A DNA stretch of 64,000 bases from Eledone cirrhosa (taxonomy: Eukaryota): NCBI GenBank assembly GCA_964016885.1, contig OZ024741.1, forward strand, positions 304,606,001 to 304,670,000. The letters run 5' to 3'. Positions 1 through 13,185 of the stretch are shown here, piece after piece; within the stretch, counting starts at the first letter, position 1; each line of letters opens with the position of its first letter. The notes beneath the pieces are model-generated. The model saw only the letters and a list, made by a program, of their open reading frames with translations. It did not search any database and was not told the DNA's origin. Made by a program: the position numbers and the translations under genes.

Positions 1-133
1 CTTCTGCAAAAACCTTTATTTATATACATCATATAAAGCACCGAGCTCTTCCTTTCTCTGAAAAGCTGGCAATTACATTCTCTAAGTCTAATTCTCTACT
101 GTCTTTTGAGAATTGTTAATATAGTTCAAACTT

Positions 134-174
<41 letters not shown>

Positions 175-181
175 TATATAT

Positions 182-372
182 ATATTTAATATAGAAATGG
201 CTTCTACAGGACTAGAACTGTTTCATTCAAAGGAAATCATCAGGACTTTCCTGATGATTTCCTCCGAATGAAACAGTTCTATCCTGTAGAAGCCATTTCT
301 ATATTAAATATTTATACTCTGCTATGTATTGAGCACCTTACTTACTGTGGTTACCCCCGATTGAACCCAGGA
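182..372 (+). mobile_element. Penelope-like pseudo-LTR remnant with 5' inverted duplication
   Basis: Near-perfect ~130-bp inverted repeat (182-311) centred at about 246-248, followed by a short unique tail. It is flanked by TA/CA microsatellites and contains a hammerhead core. Confidence 0.6.
246..292 (+). ncRNA. Type I hammerhead ribozyme (minimal, Penelope-type)
   Basis: tttc-CTGATGA(251-257)-t-ttc-ctcc-gaa-t-GAAA-cag-ttctatc-ctg-TA-gaag. Helix I is tttc/gaag, helix II is ttc/gaa, helix III is acag/ctgt, and the cleavage triplet is GUA (286-288). Confidence 0.65.
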
Positions 373-573
373 TACACACACACACACATACATATATATA
401 TATAGATATATATATATTATATATATAACGAAGGAATTGTGGTAGGGAACCAGATGGACCATAACGCACCAAAGTACTCAATACTTAGGGTAGTAGAGTG
501 GGTAATAGGAACAAGTATGACTGAGTATAGCTGTCGAAACGGCTTGAGCTCTGCTTTTGGGGTCATACTTGTT

Positions 574-643
<70 letters not shown>

Positions 644-715
644 TATACACATATATATACACATATATATACACATATATATATGTGTGTGTGTGTATGT
701 GTGTGTGTGTATCTA

Positions 716-1256
716 GGTAAAAGTAAACCTCTCTACTTGTCATTTGACTTGAAGAAAGCTTTTGACCGAGTCCCTTGTTCCATTATGTGGTGGGCTCCTA
801 GAAAACTAGGTGGAGATGAATGACTTATGAGGGCAGTACAAGTCATGTATAAAAGAACAGTCAGCAAGGTTAGAATTAATAATGACTATAGTGAAGAATA
901 TAGCGTGCAAGTAGGTATCCATCAGGTATCCATCCTTTTTATCACAGTCCTGTAGGCTATAACAGAAAAGTTTTAAACTGGCTGCCCATGGGAACTTTTG
1001 TATGCAGTTGACCTAACCCTTATAGCTGAATCTATGGCAGAACTAGAGATGAAATTCCAAATCTGGAAGCAAGGCCTAGAATCTAAAACTCTTAAAGCCA
1101 ACTTGGCAAAGACCAAAATCCTCATATGTAGAAAGGAAAACAGGGCCCAGATTCCCCCAGAGAAATGGCCTTGCTCAGTGCACAGGAAAAAATAGGTAGA
1201 AATTATATCCTATTCCCCAGATGCAAACTATGGGTACACAAGAGATGTAGTGGTGA
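716..1256 (+). mobile_element. RTE-clade LINE reverse transcriptase fragment (degenerate)
   Basis: Translates to [17 protein letters not shown]...WELLYAVDLTLIAES...KWPCSV, with stops and frameshifts. Same family as 22400-24575. Confidence 0.85.
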
Positions 1257-1704
1257 GTATACAATGCCTAAGTGGTGAGTCTTGTTATTCTGGTGTTTCG
1301 TCTGTATACATATATATATATAGACCTACATCCACAAAGAAACACCTACACGTGTGAGATTATACATGCTGCCCCACACATAGACAATCAATAATGCTTT
1401 AGAGTCTGCCAACCCTTGTTATAGCATAGATGATGAAGTTAAACAGAAAGGAGCTGATGGCTGAACTCTGGGGGATCCTTATCTACACTCTAAATTCATC
1501 AGTGTCCTCTTTTCTAACTCTCACTTTGCTGCCTCCACTTGTGTACATGGCTTACAGTCATCACAAGCTCTTCAACTACACTCAATTTACTTAGTGACTA
1601 CCAGATAACTGACTGTGAAACAACTCTCAAACAAATTATTCAACAGCTAACTTCATGTATCCTGTATATGTATGCAAAGCCTACAAACAACACATCATTA
1701 CTAT

Positions 1705-1905
1705 AAGCCTTTAGCATTTAAACTGGCCGTATCCAGCCAGAATTCCCTCACCTCTTTCTCTTCAAACCAGCTGTAACCATCTGTTCATATTTATGTTGAG
1801 GTATTATTCTCAAAATAAATAATATCAAAATCTCGTAGATTCGATATTATGTGGGATAATTATGTGAAAATGCAATAGTAAATATAGAGTAATGTAAAAG
1901 CTAAA
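1705..1905. mobile_element. piggyBac-like MITE remnant
   Basis: Starts cctttagcatttaaac and is a diverged reverse-complement copy of the MITE at 18026-18233. Confidence 0.55.
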
Positions 1906-2147
1906 CCCTATTCTAAAGATGGGACTATGAAGATCTGAAAACATTAATAGACTTATGAATCTAGGAATGGTGTAGTTCCAAACCAACATAAAAAGAAGAA
2001 AGTATGAAAAATCTTAATAAAAAAGATTGAAAGTGTAGTTTTGACTAAAAAATGTATAATTCTATCTAAAAACAGTAGTTTTGTTGTTGGTGTCCCAGAA
2101 AGTTTCATTGTACTTAATCAATAGAAATGTATGTATGTGTGTATGTA

Positions 2148-2182
<35 letters not shown>

Positions 2183-2437
2183 ATGTATGTATGTATGTAT
2201 GTGTGTGTGTGGATGGATGAATGTATGCATGGATAAATGGATCCATAACTCCTGATGGAGTCGTAAGGGTGCCATTTGCACACTTTAAACCTGACAGAGC
2301 TCATCTCCTCAGGCATGTACATAGTTGATTTCTTCCAGAGAAGGAGAAACAGTAGTGAGAGAGAGAGGAATTTTTATAAAATTGTTATATATATATTGCC
2401 TTGTAAAATTGTTTAATCCCTCTCATTCTCTTTCAGA

Positions 2438-2755
2438 ATGATTTCCTATTGTCTTTACCTGGTGTTGTTGGTGTCAGCTTGGCAGTTCACTACAGCAGCC
2501 TATCAAAGAGAAGTACTGAAAGCCATACCTGGCTGTATTCAGAATTATGAATTCCCAGATCAAGCTATCCATAGACAGCATGCTGATACAAAGGCGGAAT
2601 GTGCCTATGTGTGTATGAACCATGACCATTGCATGTCAGTTAACTTCTGTGGCTACAAGAACCGTGAGGGTGGTCGCTGCATATTGAATCAATGGAGGGC
2701 AAATGGTCAATGTTCCTTACTCAAACAAAAATCTAACTGCACCTACTTTGAAATG
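2438..2755 (+). CDS. Secreted PAN/Apple-EGF-fibrinogen-domain (FReD) protein, coding exon 1 (signal peptide + PAN/Apple domain)
   Basis: Acceptor tttcag ends at 2436 and ATG is at 2438. Hydrophobic signal MISYCLYLVLLVSAW is followed by the PAN pattern ECAYVC...CMSVNF...CILN. Donor GTGGGT at 2756, phase 0. Confidence 0.88.
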
Positions 2756-3044
2756 GTGGGTTAATTTTGATTCTTGCATTTCTTTGTGAATGAAATAATA
2801 AGTGATTGACTGAAAAGATGGATGAATATTAACCTTATCATTACCATATTTCTAATGAAAATCACTGAATAGGATTTTGAAAATAACCAAGAATGTGGTG
2901 GGATTTAGTAATATAATTAACTTTCTCTTTAAGTTAGTGTTTGGAACAGCCTAACAAAGGTCCTTACATAAAATCAATTGGAAGGTTTCATAATCCTTTT
3001 GATACCATATTTCTAATGAAAAACACTGACTATGATTTTCAAAT

Positions 3045-3475
3045 CTTCTTCGCCCACTAATGTAATACCATATCGTCTGCAAATTCCAGCTGACTGATTC
3101 TACACTTGCCATTCATGACAACACTTCCAACCCAGCTGCGCAAGTCAATCCTATTCATTTAAATATTGAACAGGAGAGGTGACAATACGCACCCATGACA
3201 GAGTCCAACTCTCACATTGAATGGTTTCAATTTAGCACCATTTATCTGAACACAAATACTTGGACATTCATAGAGAGACATCCAGGCAGTAAGAAGCTGA
3301 CTATTGATCCTATACTCCTGCACAACCTTCCACATCAGGTCCTTATAAATAAATAAATAAATCTGGAGAGAGATTTGTTAGTAATCCACTTAACACCATA
3401 TAAAATGTAGGCAAGCACATGGCTCATCAAACACCCTTATTTACATTTAAAATAGCAACCAAATTTATTGTGACA
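3045..3475 (-). mobile_element. RTE-clade LINE RT fragment
   Basis: Minus strand reads PFNVRVGLCHGCVLSPLLFNI...LEFADDMVL, with stops. Confidence 0.8.
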
Positions 3476-3797
3476 CTAACATTAGGGAGGTTGTCATGAA
3501 AAGCCTTCTCAACCCTTGGTTTGTTAGGTTTTCCTTTGATGGAAACCCCTCCTCATACTGGGTGCATTTTATCATGGCACCAGCACTAGGGAGGTTGTGT
3601 ACATAATACAAGAGTCCTCTCAATCCTTTATTTGGAAGTTTTCCATCCACTTTATAGAGTGTACTGGATGCATTTTATCATGGCACAAACACTAGCAGGG
3701 TTGTTATGCACTCAATACAACTGAAGAGTACTCCCAACCCTTTGTTTGGAAAGTTTTCCATGTATCTTAAATATTGATTTATGAATTTCTTTTGTAG

Positions 3798-3897
3798 GAC
3801 GGACCAAACCCATGTAAGAATGGAGGAGACTGGGTTCGAACACAATGTATTTGCCGTGATGGTTTTATCGGAGAATTTTGTGATAGACGTGTTAAAG
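3798..3897 (+). CDS. FReD gene coding exon 2 (EGF-like, 4 Cys)
   Basis: ttttgtag|GAC start; translates DGPNPCKNGGDWVRTQCICRDGFIGEFCDRRVK; G|GTAAGA donor. Phases 0 and 1 match the neighbouring exons. Not in the ORF track. Confidence 0.88.
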
Positions 3898-4609
3898 GTA
3901 AGAACAAAAGCTAAATATATGAGTTGTTTGTTCAATGAATATACCTGGAATTAGTTAACTGGATAGTTGTTATTTACCATAAAACATTTGATAATTCTAA
4001 TAAATCTTCTTTTCTCTAAGCAGTCACTTTAACATCTAAACACTATTTATGTATGGATTCGTAACTCCTGATAGAGTTGTAGGGGCACCACATATAAAGT
4101 CTTCAGCACTTTAAACCTGGTAGATCCCATAACCTCTCCAGGTCTGAATACAGCTGATTTCTCCCAGAGAAGGAGAGAGTGGTAGAGAGGAAATGAGAAA
4201 GAAATATAGAAGAATTGACCATAGTAATAGATTGGCATTTTTTTGTCTTCCTCAAAAAGATGAAAGGCAAAGTTAACCTCTGATGGATTTGAACTCAGAG
4301 AGTGTAGAGAGCCAAAATGAATATCATAAAACGAGTTTTCCAAACTTTTTCAAACGTGGAACCCTTTTTGGTTCAGAAATTTTTTGGGGAACCCCAAAGT
4401 CTAATATGGTCATAATATAAATATACACCTCTACTTTTTTTTATGGAACCCACTTTGGGAACCACTGCCATCAAACATTCCATCAAACATTCTAAAGACT
4501 CTGCTAATTCACAGCCTTCTAAACATTATATAAAACAATAAATCTTCCTACCAGCCTGCTTGTTGGGTGAAAGTTCTGCTGATAGCAGTAGATGGGAAGA
4601 ATTCTGGAA

Positions 4610-5120
4610 CCTCCTCCTCCTCCTCCTCCTCCTCCTCCTCATCATCATCATCATCATCAACAACAACAAAACCATCATTACCACCATTGAGAAAGGAAAG
4701 AGAAAAATGTATCACATTTATTTTATATCATTATTGATAAACAATAACCACCAACACCAACACCTCCATCTTCATCATCATCATCATCAACAACAAAACC
4801 ATCATTACCACCACCACAACTGCCACTGCTGCCACTACCACCTCCATCATCATCATCATCATCATTATCTCCACCATCATCATCATCACAACAACCACCA
4901 CCACCTCCATCGTTATCATCACCACCACTACAACTGCCACAGCCACTACCACCCCGTCATCATCATCATCATCATCACCCCCCCACCACCACCACCATCA
5001 CAACAACAACCATCACCACCACCACCATTATCACAACTACTAAAACCACTACCACTACAACCACCACCACCACTGCCTCGACCACCAGCACCACCACTAC
5101 CTCCATTATCATCATCATTA
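4610..5120. repeat. (CCT)/(CAT)/(CAC) low-complexity trinucleotide tract
   Basis: Direct inspection; intronic. Confidence 0.9.
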
Positions 5121-5127
5121 TTGATTC

Positions 5128-5314
5128 GATTAGTAGTATTGGTAGAGCGTCAGACACCATGCTTTGCAGCATAGAGTTAGGGCCCTTTACGTTCTAAGTT
5201 CAAATCCCACCGAGGTTAACTTTGCCTTTTATCCTTACGGGGTCGATAAAATAAAGTACCAGTAATGCACTTAGGATAATTGCTGGCCTTGTGCCAAAAG
5301 TAGAAACAATTATT
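5128..5314 (+). mobile_element. tRNA-derived SINE
   Basis: A-box-like tagtattggtagagc, B-box-like gttcaaatccc and core ttgccttttatccttacggggtcgataaaataaagtacc. Multiple copies in the window. Confidence 0.8.
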
Positions 5315-5371
5315 GATTAACAAGAAAAATATAAATTTGTTTTTGTTTGTTTTTTCTTTTATTTAAATCGT

Positions 5372-8299
5372 TTAATAATTCCCTACATTTATGTTAATAA
5401 TTCCCTATATTTATGTTAATAATTCCCTATATTTATGTTAATAATTCCCTATATTTATGTTAATAATTCCCTATATTTATGTTAATAATTCCCTATATTT
5501 ATGTTAATAATTCCCTATATTTATGTAAATAATTCCCTATATTTATGTTAATAATTCCCTATATTTATGTTAATAATTCCCTATATTTATGTTAATAATT
5601 CCCTATATTTATGTTAATAATTCCCTATATTTATGTTAATAATTCCCTATATTTATGTTAATAATTCCCTATATTTATGTAAATAATTCCCTATATTTAT
5701 GTTAATAATTCCCTATATTTATGTTAATAATTCCCTATATTTATGTAAATAATTCACTATATTTATGTTAATAATTCCCTATATTTATGTTAATAATTCC
5801 CTACATTTATGTAAATAATTCACTATATTTATGTTAATAATTCCCTACATTTATGTTAATAATTCACTACATTTATGTTAATAATTCCCTATATTTATGT
5901 TAATAATTCCCTATATTTATGTTAATAATTCCCTATATTTATGTTAATAATTCCCTATATTTATGTTAATAATTCCCTACATTTATGTTAATAATTCCCT
6001 ATATTTATGTTAATAATTCCCTATATTTATGTTAATAATTCCCTATATTTATGTTAATAATTCCCTACATTTATGTTAATAATTCCCTATATTTATGTTA
6101 ATAATTCCCTATATTTATGTTAATAATTCCCTATATTTATGTTAATAATTCCCTACATTTATGTTAATAATTCCCTATATTTATGTTAATAATTCCCTAT
6201 ATTTATGTTAATAATTCCCTATATTTATGTTAATAATTCCCTATATTTATGTTAATAATTCCCTATATTTATGTTAATAATTCCCTATATTTATATTAAT
6301 AATTCCCTATATTTATGTTAATAATTCCCTATATTTATGTTAATAATTCCCTATATTTATGTTAATAATTCACTATATTTATGTAAATAATTCACTATAT
6401 TTATGTTAATAATTCCCTATATTTATGTTAATAATTCCCTACATTTATGTAAATAATTCACTATATTTATGTTAATAATTCCCTACATTTATGTTAATAA
6501 TTCACTACATTTATGTTAATAATTCCCTATATTTATGTTAATAATTCCCTATATTTATGTTAATAATTCCCTATATTTATGTTAATAATTCCCTATATTT
6601 ATGTTAATAATTCCCTACATTTATGTTAATAATTCCCTATATTTATGTTAATAATTCCCTATATTTATGTTAATAATTCCCTATATTTATGTTAATAATT
6701 CCCTACATTTATGTTAATAATTCCCTATATTTATGTTAATAATTCCCTATATTTATGTTAATAATTCCCTATATTTATGTTAATAATTCCCTACATTTAT
6801 GTTAATAATTCCCTATATTTATGTTAATAATTCCCTATATTTATGTTAATAATTCCCTATATTTATGTTAATAATTCCCTATATTTATGTTAATAATTCC
6901 CTACATTTATGTTAATAATTCCCTATATTTATGTTAATAATTCCCTATATTTATGTTAATAATTCCCTATATTTATGTTAATAATTCCCTATATTTATGT
7001 TAATAATTCCCTATATTTATGTTAATAATTCCCTATATTTATGTTAATAATTCCCTACATTTATGTTAATAATTCCCTATATTTATGTTAATAATTCCCT
7101 ATATTTATGTTAATAATTCCCTATATTTATGTTAATAATTCCCTATATTTATGTTAATAATTCCCTACATTTATGTTAATAATTCCCTATATTTATGTTA
7201 ATAATTCCCTATATTTATGTTAATAATTCCCTATATTTATGTTAATAATTCCCTATATTTATGTTAATAATTCCCTATATTTATGTTAATAATTCACTAT
7301 ATTTATGTTAATAATTCCCTATATTTATGTTAATAATTCACTACATTTATGTTAATAATTCCCTATATTTATGTTAATAATTCCCTATATTTATGTTAAT
7401 AATTCCCTATATTTATGTTAATAATTCCCTACATTTATGTTAATAATTCACTATATTTATGTTAATAATTCCCTATATTTATGTTAATAATTCACTACAT
7501 TTATGTTAATAATTCCCTATATTTATGTTAATAATTCCCTATATTTATGTTAATAATTCCCTATATTTATGTTAATAATTCCCTACATTTATGTTAATAA
7601 TTCACTATATTTATGTTAATAATTCCCTATATTTATGTTAATAATTCCCTATATTTATGTAAATAATTCACTATATTTATGTTAATAATTCCCTATATTT
7701 ATGTAAATAATTCATTATATTTATGTTAATAATTCACTATATTTATGTTAATAATTCCCTATATTTATGTTAATAATTCCCTATATTTATGTTAATAATT
7801 CCCTATATTTATGTTAATAATTCCCTATATTTATGTAAATAATTCACTATATTTATGTTAATAATTCCCTATATTTATGTAAATAATTCATTATATTTAT
7901 GTTAATAATTCACTATATTTATGTTAATAATTCCCTATATTTATGTTAATAATTCCCTATATTTATGTTAATAATTCACTATATTTATGTAAATAATTCA
8001 CTATATTTATGTTAATAATTCCCTATATTTATGTAAATAATTCATTATATTTATGTTAATAATTCACTATATTTATGTTAATAATTCCCTATATTTATGT
8101 AAATAATTCATTATATTTATGTAAATAATTCACTATATTTATGTTAATAATTCCCTATATTTATGTAAATAATTCATTATATTTATGTTAATAATTCACT
8201 ATATTTATGTTAATAATTCCCTATATTTATGTTAATAATTCCCTATATTTATGTTAATAATTCACTATATTTATGTTAATAATTCACTACATTTATGTT
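5372..8299. repeat. 22-bp minisatellite (AATTCCCTATATTTATGTTAAT)n, ~133 copies
   Basis: Regular 22-nt period with a few variant units; lies in the second coding-region intron of the FReD gene. Confidence 0.97.
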
Positions 8300-8319
8300 T
8301 ATATTAAAATATCTTCCAG

Positions 8320-8573
8320 ATTGTAGAGAGGTCTACCTGCAAGGGGCTCGAACTGATGGAATGTATGAAATCCAACCAATAAATATGAGTAAAGCAGTGA
8401 CAGTATATTGTCAGATGACACTTGGTGGATCTATCCTATTCCAAAAGAGAACAGATAAGAGCTGTGAACGTGAAGATTTCTTTCGTGGGTGGCAAGATTA
8501 CCAAGTTGGTTTTGGGGATAAAGACTGTGATTATTGGTTGGGCAATGATGTAGTCCATGCTATTACAAACCAA
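8320..8573 (+). CDS. FReD gene coding exon 3 (fibrinogen C-terminal domain, N-half)
   Basis: cttccag|AT start (phase 1); translates DCREVY...DGMYEIQP...VYCQM...DFFRGWQDYQVGFG...DYWLGNDVVHAITNQ; donor GTAAGA at 8574. Confidence 0.92.
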
Positions 8574-9269
8574 GTAAGAACTGTAATTCTTTTTTTTTTT
8601 AACAATGGAAAAGCACCCATTCCCTCCTGTAAGGTGGTTGATGATAGGAAGGGAACCCCACTATAGAAACCATGCCAAAAAGGATTGAGAGCACTATTCA
8701 GTTGTGTTACAGATATGACAACTTCCCTATTGTTGATATTGTACATGATAAACACACCCAGTTCACTCTTTAAAATAGTTGCTGACAAGAAGAGCATCCA
8801 GCTATTGAAAGCCTGCCAAACAAATAATTGCGATTATGCTGTTTAATATTTTGCAAAATGATAAGCGGAATCATTAAGGACAACACATTTTTGTGGATAA
8901 GGATAGCTGGATAAAAGTGGTGCTGGTGGTGAGAAGGGAGAAGGGATGGAGCTTGAAGCTAGCTGCCATACCTCCATTACCCTCTTCAGTGCCGTGGACA
9001 AGATAACTCATCCTAACATGTTTGAACTCCTTTCCAACAGTTCATAACTTCAAAGCTAGATGGGGTTACTAGTTTATTGATGTGATGTTTGTCAATCAAA
9101 ATAGTCATTCTACTGGGGGGGAAAAATGGCACAGCAACTGTAGCTATGTAAAATATATGTGGCAATCAACAGGTTAATCATATTAGGTGACATTGTGTGT
9201 CACTTATTTACAACTTGATGGACTGAGCCAAGAATAGGACATAGAATTCATAGCAGGAAATTCAAACCA

Positions 9270-9713
9270 GCAACAACACCAAGATTGCTTGGTGAGGAGG
9301 GTGATATTTGGATACCCTGCAGGATGAAATACAAGACACGACAAAGGGCAGAGGAACTCAGCAGAGTCAACGGCCATCCAAATAGTACTTTTTTTTTTTT
9401 TTTCACCTGGGAGTGAAAGGCCCCCAGTTCTTGTTACAACACCTTTCTAAGAGAGGGAAACTCTGAAAAAAAAACCTGTGGCTTCGGAAGCATCCAGTGA
9501 TGTTGACCAGTTCTCCTCGGTTAGTGTTTTCGATGCTCAGAGTGGGATTGGTTGAGTGCAAGGCCTTTCCCCACTTATAAAACCTTGAAAGCACAGACAT
9601 TGCTTGTTCAGGATATGTTACAAGTTTGTGTGGCTGACCATAGTCTGAAAGTGTACCATTTTCTATAATCTGACAAGCAATAGCAATACTCTTAGAAGAG
9701 TTTGCAGGCATTA
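9270..9713 (+). mobile_element. Older, diverged relative of the ~610-bp element X family
   Basis: Shares ordered motifs with the reverse complement of 49918-50524 (ccaag..ttggtgaggagggtga, cctgcagga, aagggca, gagtcaa.ggccatccaaa, agagtggga.tgg, cact.ataaaa) and ends in a (TATG)n tail. Confidence 0.6.
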
Positions 9714-10374
9714 TGTATGTATGTATCTACATATGTATGTGTGTATGTATATATATATATGTATGTGTGTGTTCATGTATATATATATGTATGTGTGTAT
9801 GTATGTATGTCTTCCTAATGCCAACTACTTCATAGTATGCTCTAGGTGCATTTTATCATGACAGGGTGTACTGGGTACTTTTTATCATGACACCACCATT
9901 ACCACTTTATAGAGTGAGCTGAATGGATTTTATTATGGCACAGGCACTACGACTTACCAACACTAAGGTGTTCCTTGTGTCATTCTAGGCCAGACTTGGA
10001 AGGTAGTGATGGGAGTGGGGATGATGAGAGCGTTGTGGGTGAGGTGGGCCACATACATGCTGCTTGCCAAGGAAGGGGTCTGAGAGGGATATGGCTGGTA
10101 AAGAGGAAGGGTGGCGTTAATGAGAGTGAGTGACATTGTGACATCCTCTATTAGGCTAGGAAGGTATCGATGAGAGTGGGAATGAGAAATAGAATAACAA
10201 GTGTGTGAAGTCAAATGTAAGTATATATACAGGTTGTCCCAAAAATGTATACACACTTTGATTACCTGTACAGGCAATATTTATTAGAATGCACAGCCTT
10301 TCCTCAAAATAAAATTATCTACAGACATAATTCAATTGTATGTAAACACCCAAAAATGTTTACATAATTTAAAT

Positions 10375-10515
10375 AATTGTTTCTACTTTTTGGCACAAGG
10401 CCAGCAATTACCCAGTATATTACTGGTACTTTATTTTATCGACCTCGTAAGGATGAAAGGCAAAGTCAACCTCGGCGGGATTTGAACTCAGATCGTAAAG
10501 GGACGTAACTATGCT
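10375..10515 (-). mobile_element. tRNA-derived SINE (5'-truncated)
   Basis: Near-identical to 20088-20265. Confidence 0.8.
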
Positions 10516-11351
10516 AGAAAACATAATTTAAATAATGTATATAAAACAAATTTTTTTTAATGCGTTTTTTTTTTCTTTGCTGTTGAAGTGTGTATATATT
10601 TTTGGAGGACATCCTGTATATACAGTCTGTTTTCTTCTTATTACCCTGCTGAACACAAATTATGTGTCTTTTTGTTTTTATGTGCACAAATATGAATATA
10701 CAGATACGTGAACCTCTGTGCATGTGTTTATGTAGTGGATGCAGCATGGATGAATCATTAAGAAGTTTGCTTCACAACCATATGGTCCTAGGTTCAATCC
10801 CACTGCATAGCATTTTGGGCAAGTGTCACCCTTGCCCTGTGAGGCAAATTGGGTAGACAGAAAGTGTTTACAAGCTTGTCAGATGGACTGTACCTCTAAA
10901 GGGCCTGTCTTGTCTCACACCGTGATATGCTGAATCTCCCTGAAAATTATGTTAAGATTACAGGTATCTGTGGAATGTACAGCCACTTACTCATTGGTGG
11001 AACAACTAGAACACTCATCATTGAATCCAACAGAGGTCCGTTCTATGTTTGTGTGCACAAAGAGATCAGTGAGAGCTTTCTTCAAATGGGAGCCAGGAGG
11101 AGGATGTAGGAAGTAAGGCACGCCCATCAAGACTTGATTGAGATTCATGGAGGAAGATCTAGCAGACATGAGCCTGGAGTGGCCAGGGAGCAGGATTATG
11201 ACAAGGCTTGTGACCATGCAGAATAGAGATTTCTCATTGTTAAATGCTCCCTAGGGAGCAAAAGGAACAAAAGATATGTTTATGTCACATGTTATAAATA
11301 GGTTTAAGAAACACTGATATTTATATATTATTATTATTATTCTTTATTCAG

Positions 11352-11747
11352 GGCAAATATGATCTTGTGATTAAAGCTGGGGATTTTGAAATTGAGTATA
11401 GACATTTCACTGTTTCTTCTGAAGATGACCTCTTTCGGATGAACTTTGAAGATTTTAAACCAATAAGCAGCAACAAGTTGGATAATGGATTTCAACCTGA
11501 GGATAAGAAGCAAGATCTTAAAGGACAACCATTTGCGACCCCTGACAAAGATGAGTATGGTTGTGCTCTTGACACTCGCTCAGCATGGTGGTTTGGGCCA
11601 GGATGTGCTTCAGTTAATTTGAATCTACCCATGGGAACTTACAAAGAGTTCTATCCACTGTCCAAACCAGTTGGGTGGCCATCTAATGGGATGTTTATAG
11701 AAGTTACACACACTACAATGTCCCTAAAAGTTTCAGAATCTGGCTGA
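11352..11747 (+). CDS. FReD gene last coding exon (fibrinogen domain C-half)
   Basis: ttattcag|GGC start (phase 0); translates GKYDLVIKAG...FATPDKDEYGCA...AWWFGPGCASVNLN...TMSLK-stop. The joined CDS is 1068 nt (355 aa) and stays open. Confidence 0.92.
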   Translation, partial: GKYDLVIKAGDFEIEYRHFTVSSEDDLFRMNFEDFKPISSNKLDNGFQPEDKKQDLKGQPFATPDKDEYGCALDTRSAWWFGPGCASVNLNLPMGTYKEFYPLSKPVGWPSNGMFIEVTHTTMSLKVSESG

Positions 11748-11815
11748 AATAAAATGATGGATTATATTCAGTGAAATTTATATCTTTACCACCATTACAC
11801 AGACATATAAATAAA
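11748..11815 (+). terminator. Candidate polyadenylation signals of the FReD gene
   Basis: AATAAA at 11748-11753 and 11810-11815, after the stop codon. Confidence 0.5.
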
Positions 11816-12619
11816 GCTGCAGACACCTAAAACACTCAAACACAATCACAAAGTAATATTACACTTATACACATAATTACATATACATTTATGTACAATC
11901 CTTATTTTTAACATTTAAATACTAAACCTACTGAATATGTTTTGAAGACAAGAATAAAGAAATCCTTGAAACTTTGTTCAGCTTGTTTTTATATTACTAC
12001 ACATTTCTCTGTGAAAATGAAATTCATGAAGCTCATGGCTAATCAGATTTTGAATTCAAATCTAATCATGACTCTATATTGTATCACTCTAATAAGTACT
12101 AATCTGTCTATCTATCTATTTATCTATCAGTTGGACAAGTTGTTATGGCCCAAGTCGGGTTTTTTTACATGGTTTCTATAGCTGGATGCCTTTGTTGACA
12201 CCAACTACTTTATAGAGTGTACTGGGTGCATTTTATTGTGGTACCAGCGCTTGAGAGGTTGTCATGTCTCTGTTTGATCCCCAATCATTTTACAGAGGGT
12301 GCTGGATGCATTTTTAGTGGTAACAACACTAGAGAAGTTACCTTGCCCCTACTGGGTAAAATAGCCTGAGTGTTGGTGCCACTATAAAATGACCCTGGTA
12401 TCCCTGTGTGATGTCTGACATTCAGTTGATAACAACATAAGGTTGGAAGGGCTCTTCAGTCAAGTCAATGATCTGAGAGCCTCCCTAGTGCTGATGCACC
12501 TGATACACTCTGGGTATCCAGTTGTAAAAATCATGCCAAACCTAGAGTGTATGTGAGACATGGATTCTGGCCAGTCTAGGAAGACAGCAGCTTCAATTAT
12601 GCATTGAGTTGATTCAACC

Positions 12620-13185
12620 CATGCTAGCATGGTAGTGAGACAGGGGCCATGAGTGAGTCAGATCTATGAAATAAAGCGTGCATGGTCCATTGGATGTGTA
12701 ATGTTAGTGTGTGGGAATGACGGAGCACAAGTTAAAGTATAAGAGGAATGATATGCCAAAGGGAAGATTGCACTGGAATGGTTATGTAATGTGCAGACCT
12801 GCCAACCTCTAAAAACCCAAGCAGGGAGTACCATGAAAAAAAGTGCCCCAAAACAGGGAGAAATGAGGCAAAAACTTTACATAATGAAAGCTATACCAAT
12901 TTTCACAAGAGAAGACATCTCTCACCCACCCCAAAGTGGGTGTGAGATCTCCCCATCAAATGGAGAGAGTTGACAAGTCTGCATGTGTATGGAGAGAGAT
13001 TTAGCTAACTAAAAAAGTGCTGAGCACCTGAAGTAGATGGAATCTGTAGAGGAAGGAGGTCAAGAGAAACATAAAATAAAAATTGTGAAGAATGACCTCA
13101 AGAAACTGAACCTCATGAAAGAGTTGACATAGGACTGAGCTAATTAACAATATGACATAATACAAAAGACTGGTCTACCAGTTCA
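12620..13185 (+). mobile_element. Degenerate RTE LINE 3' fragments
   Basis: Similar to the 3' part of 22400-24575 (tggatgtgtaatgttagtgt..., gacctc..aacctca). Confidence 0.6.

Noticed and set aside
32-37. TATAAA as the FReD gene promoter
   Set aside because: The motif is common in AT-rich DNA, and no 5' UTR exon or donor could be supported.
4560-5174. 204-aa His/Pro-rich ORF
   Set aside because: It is a trinucleotide low-complexity tract in an intron, running into a SINE.
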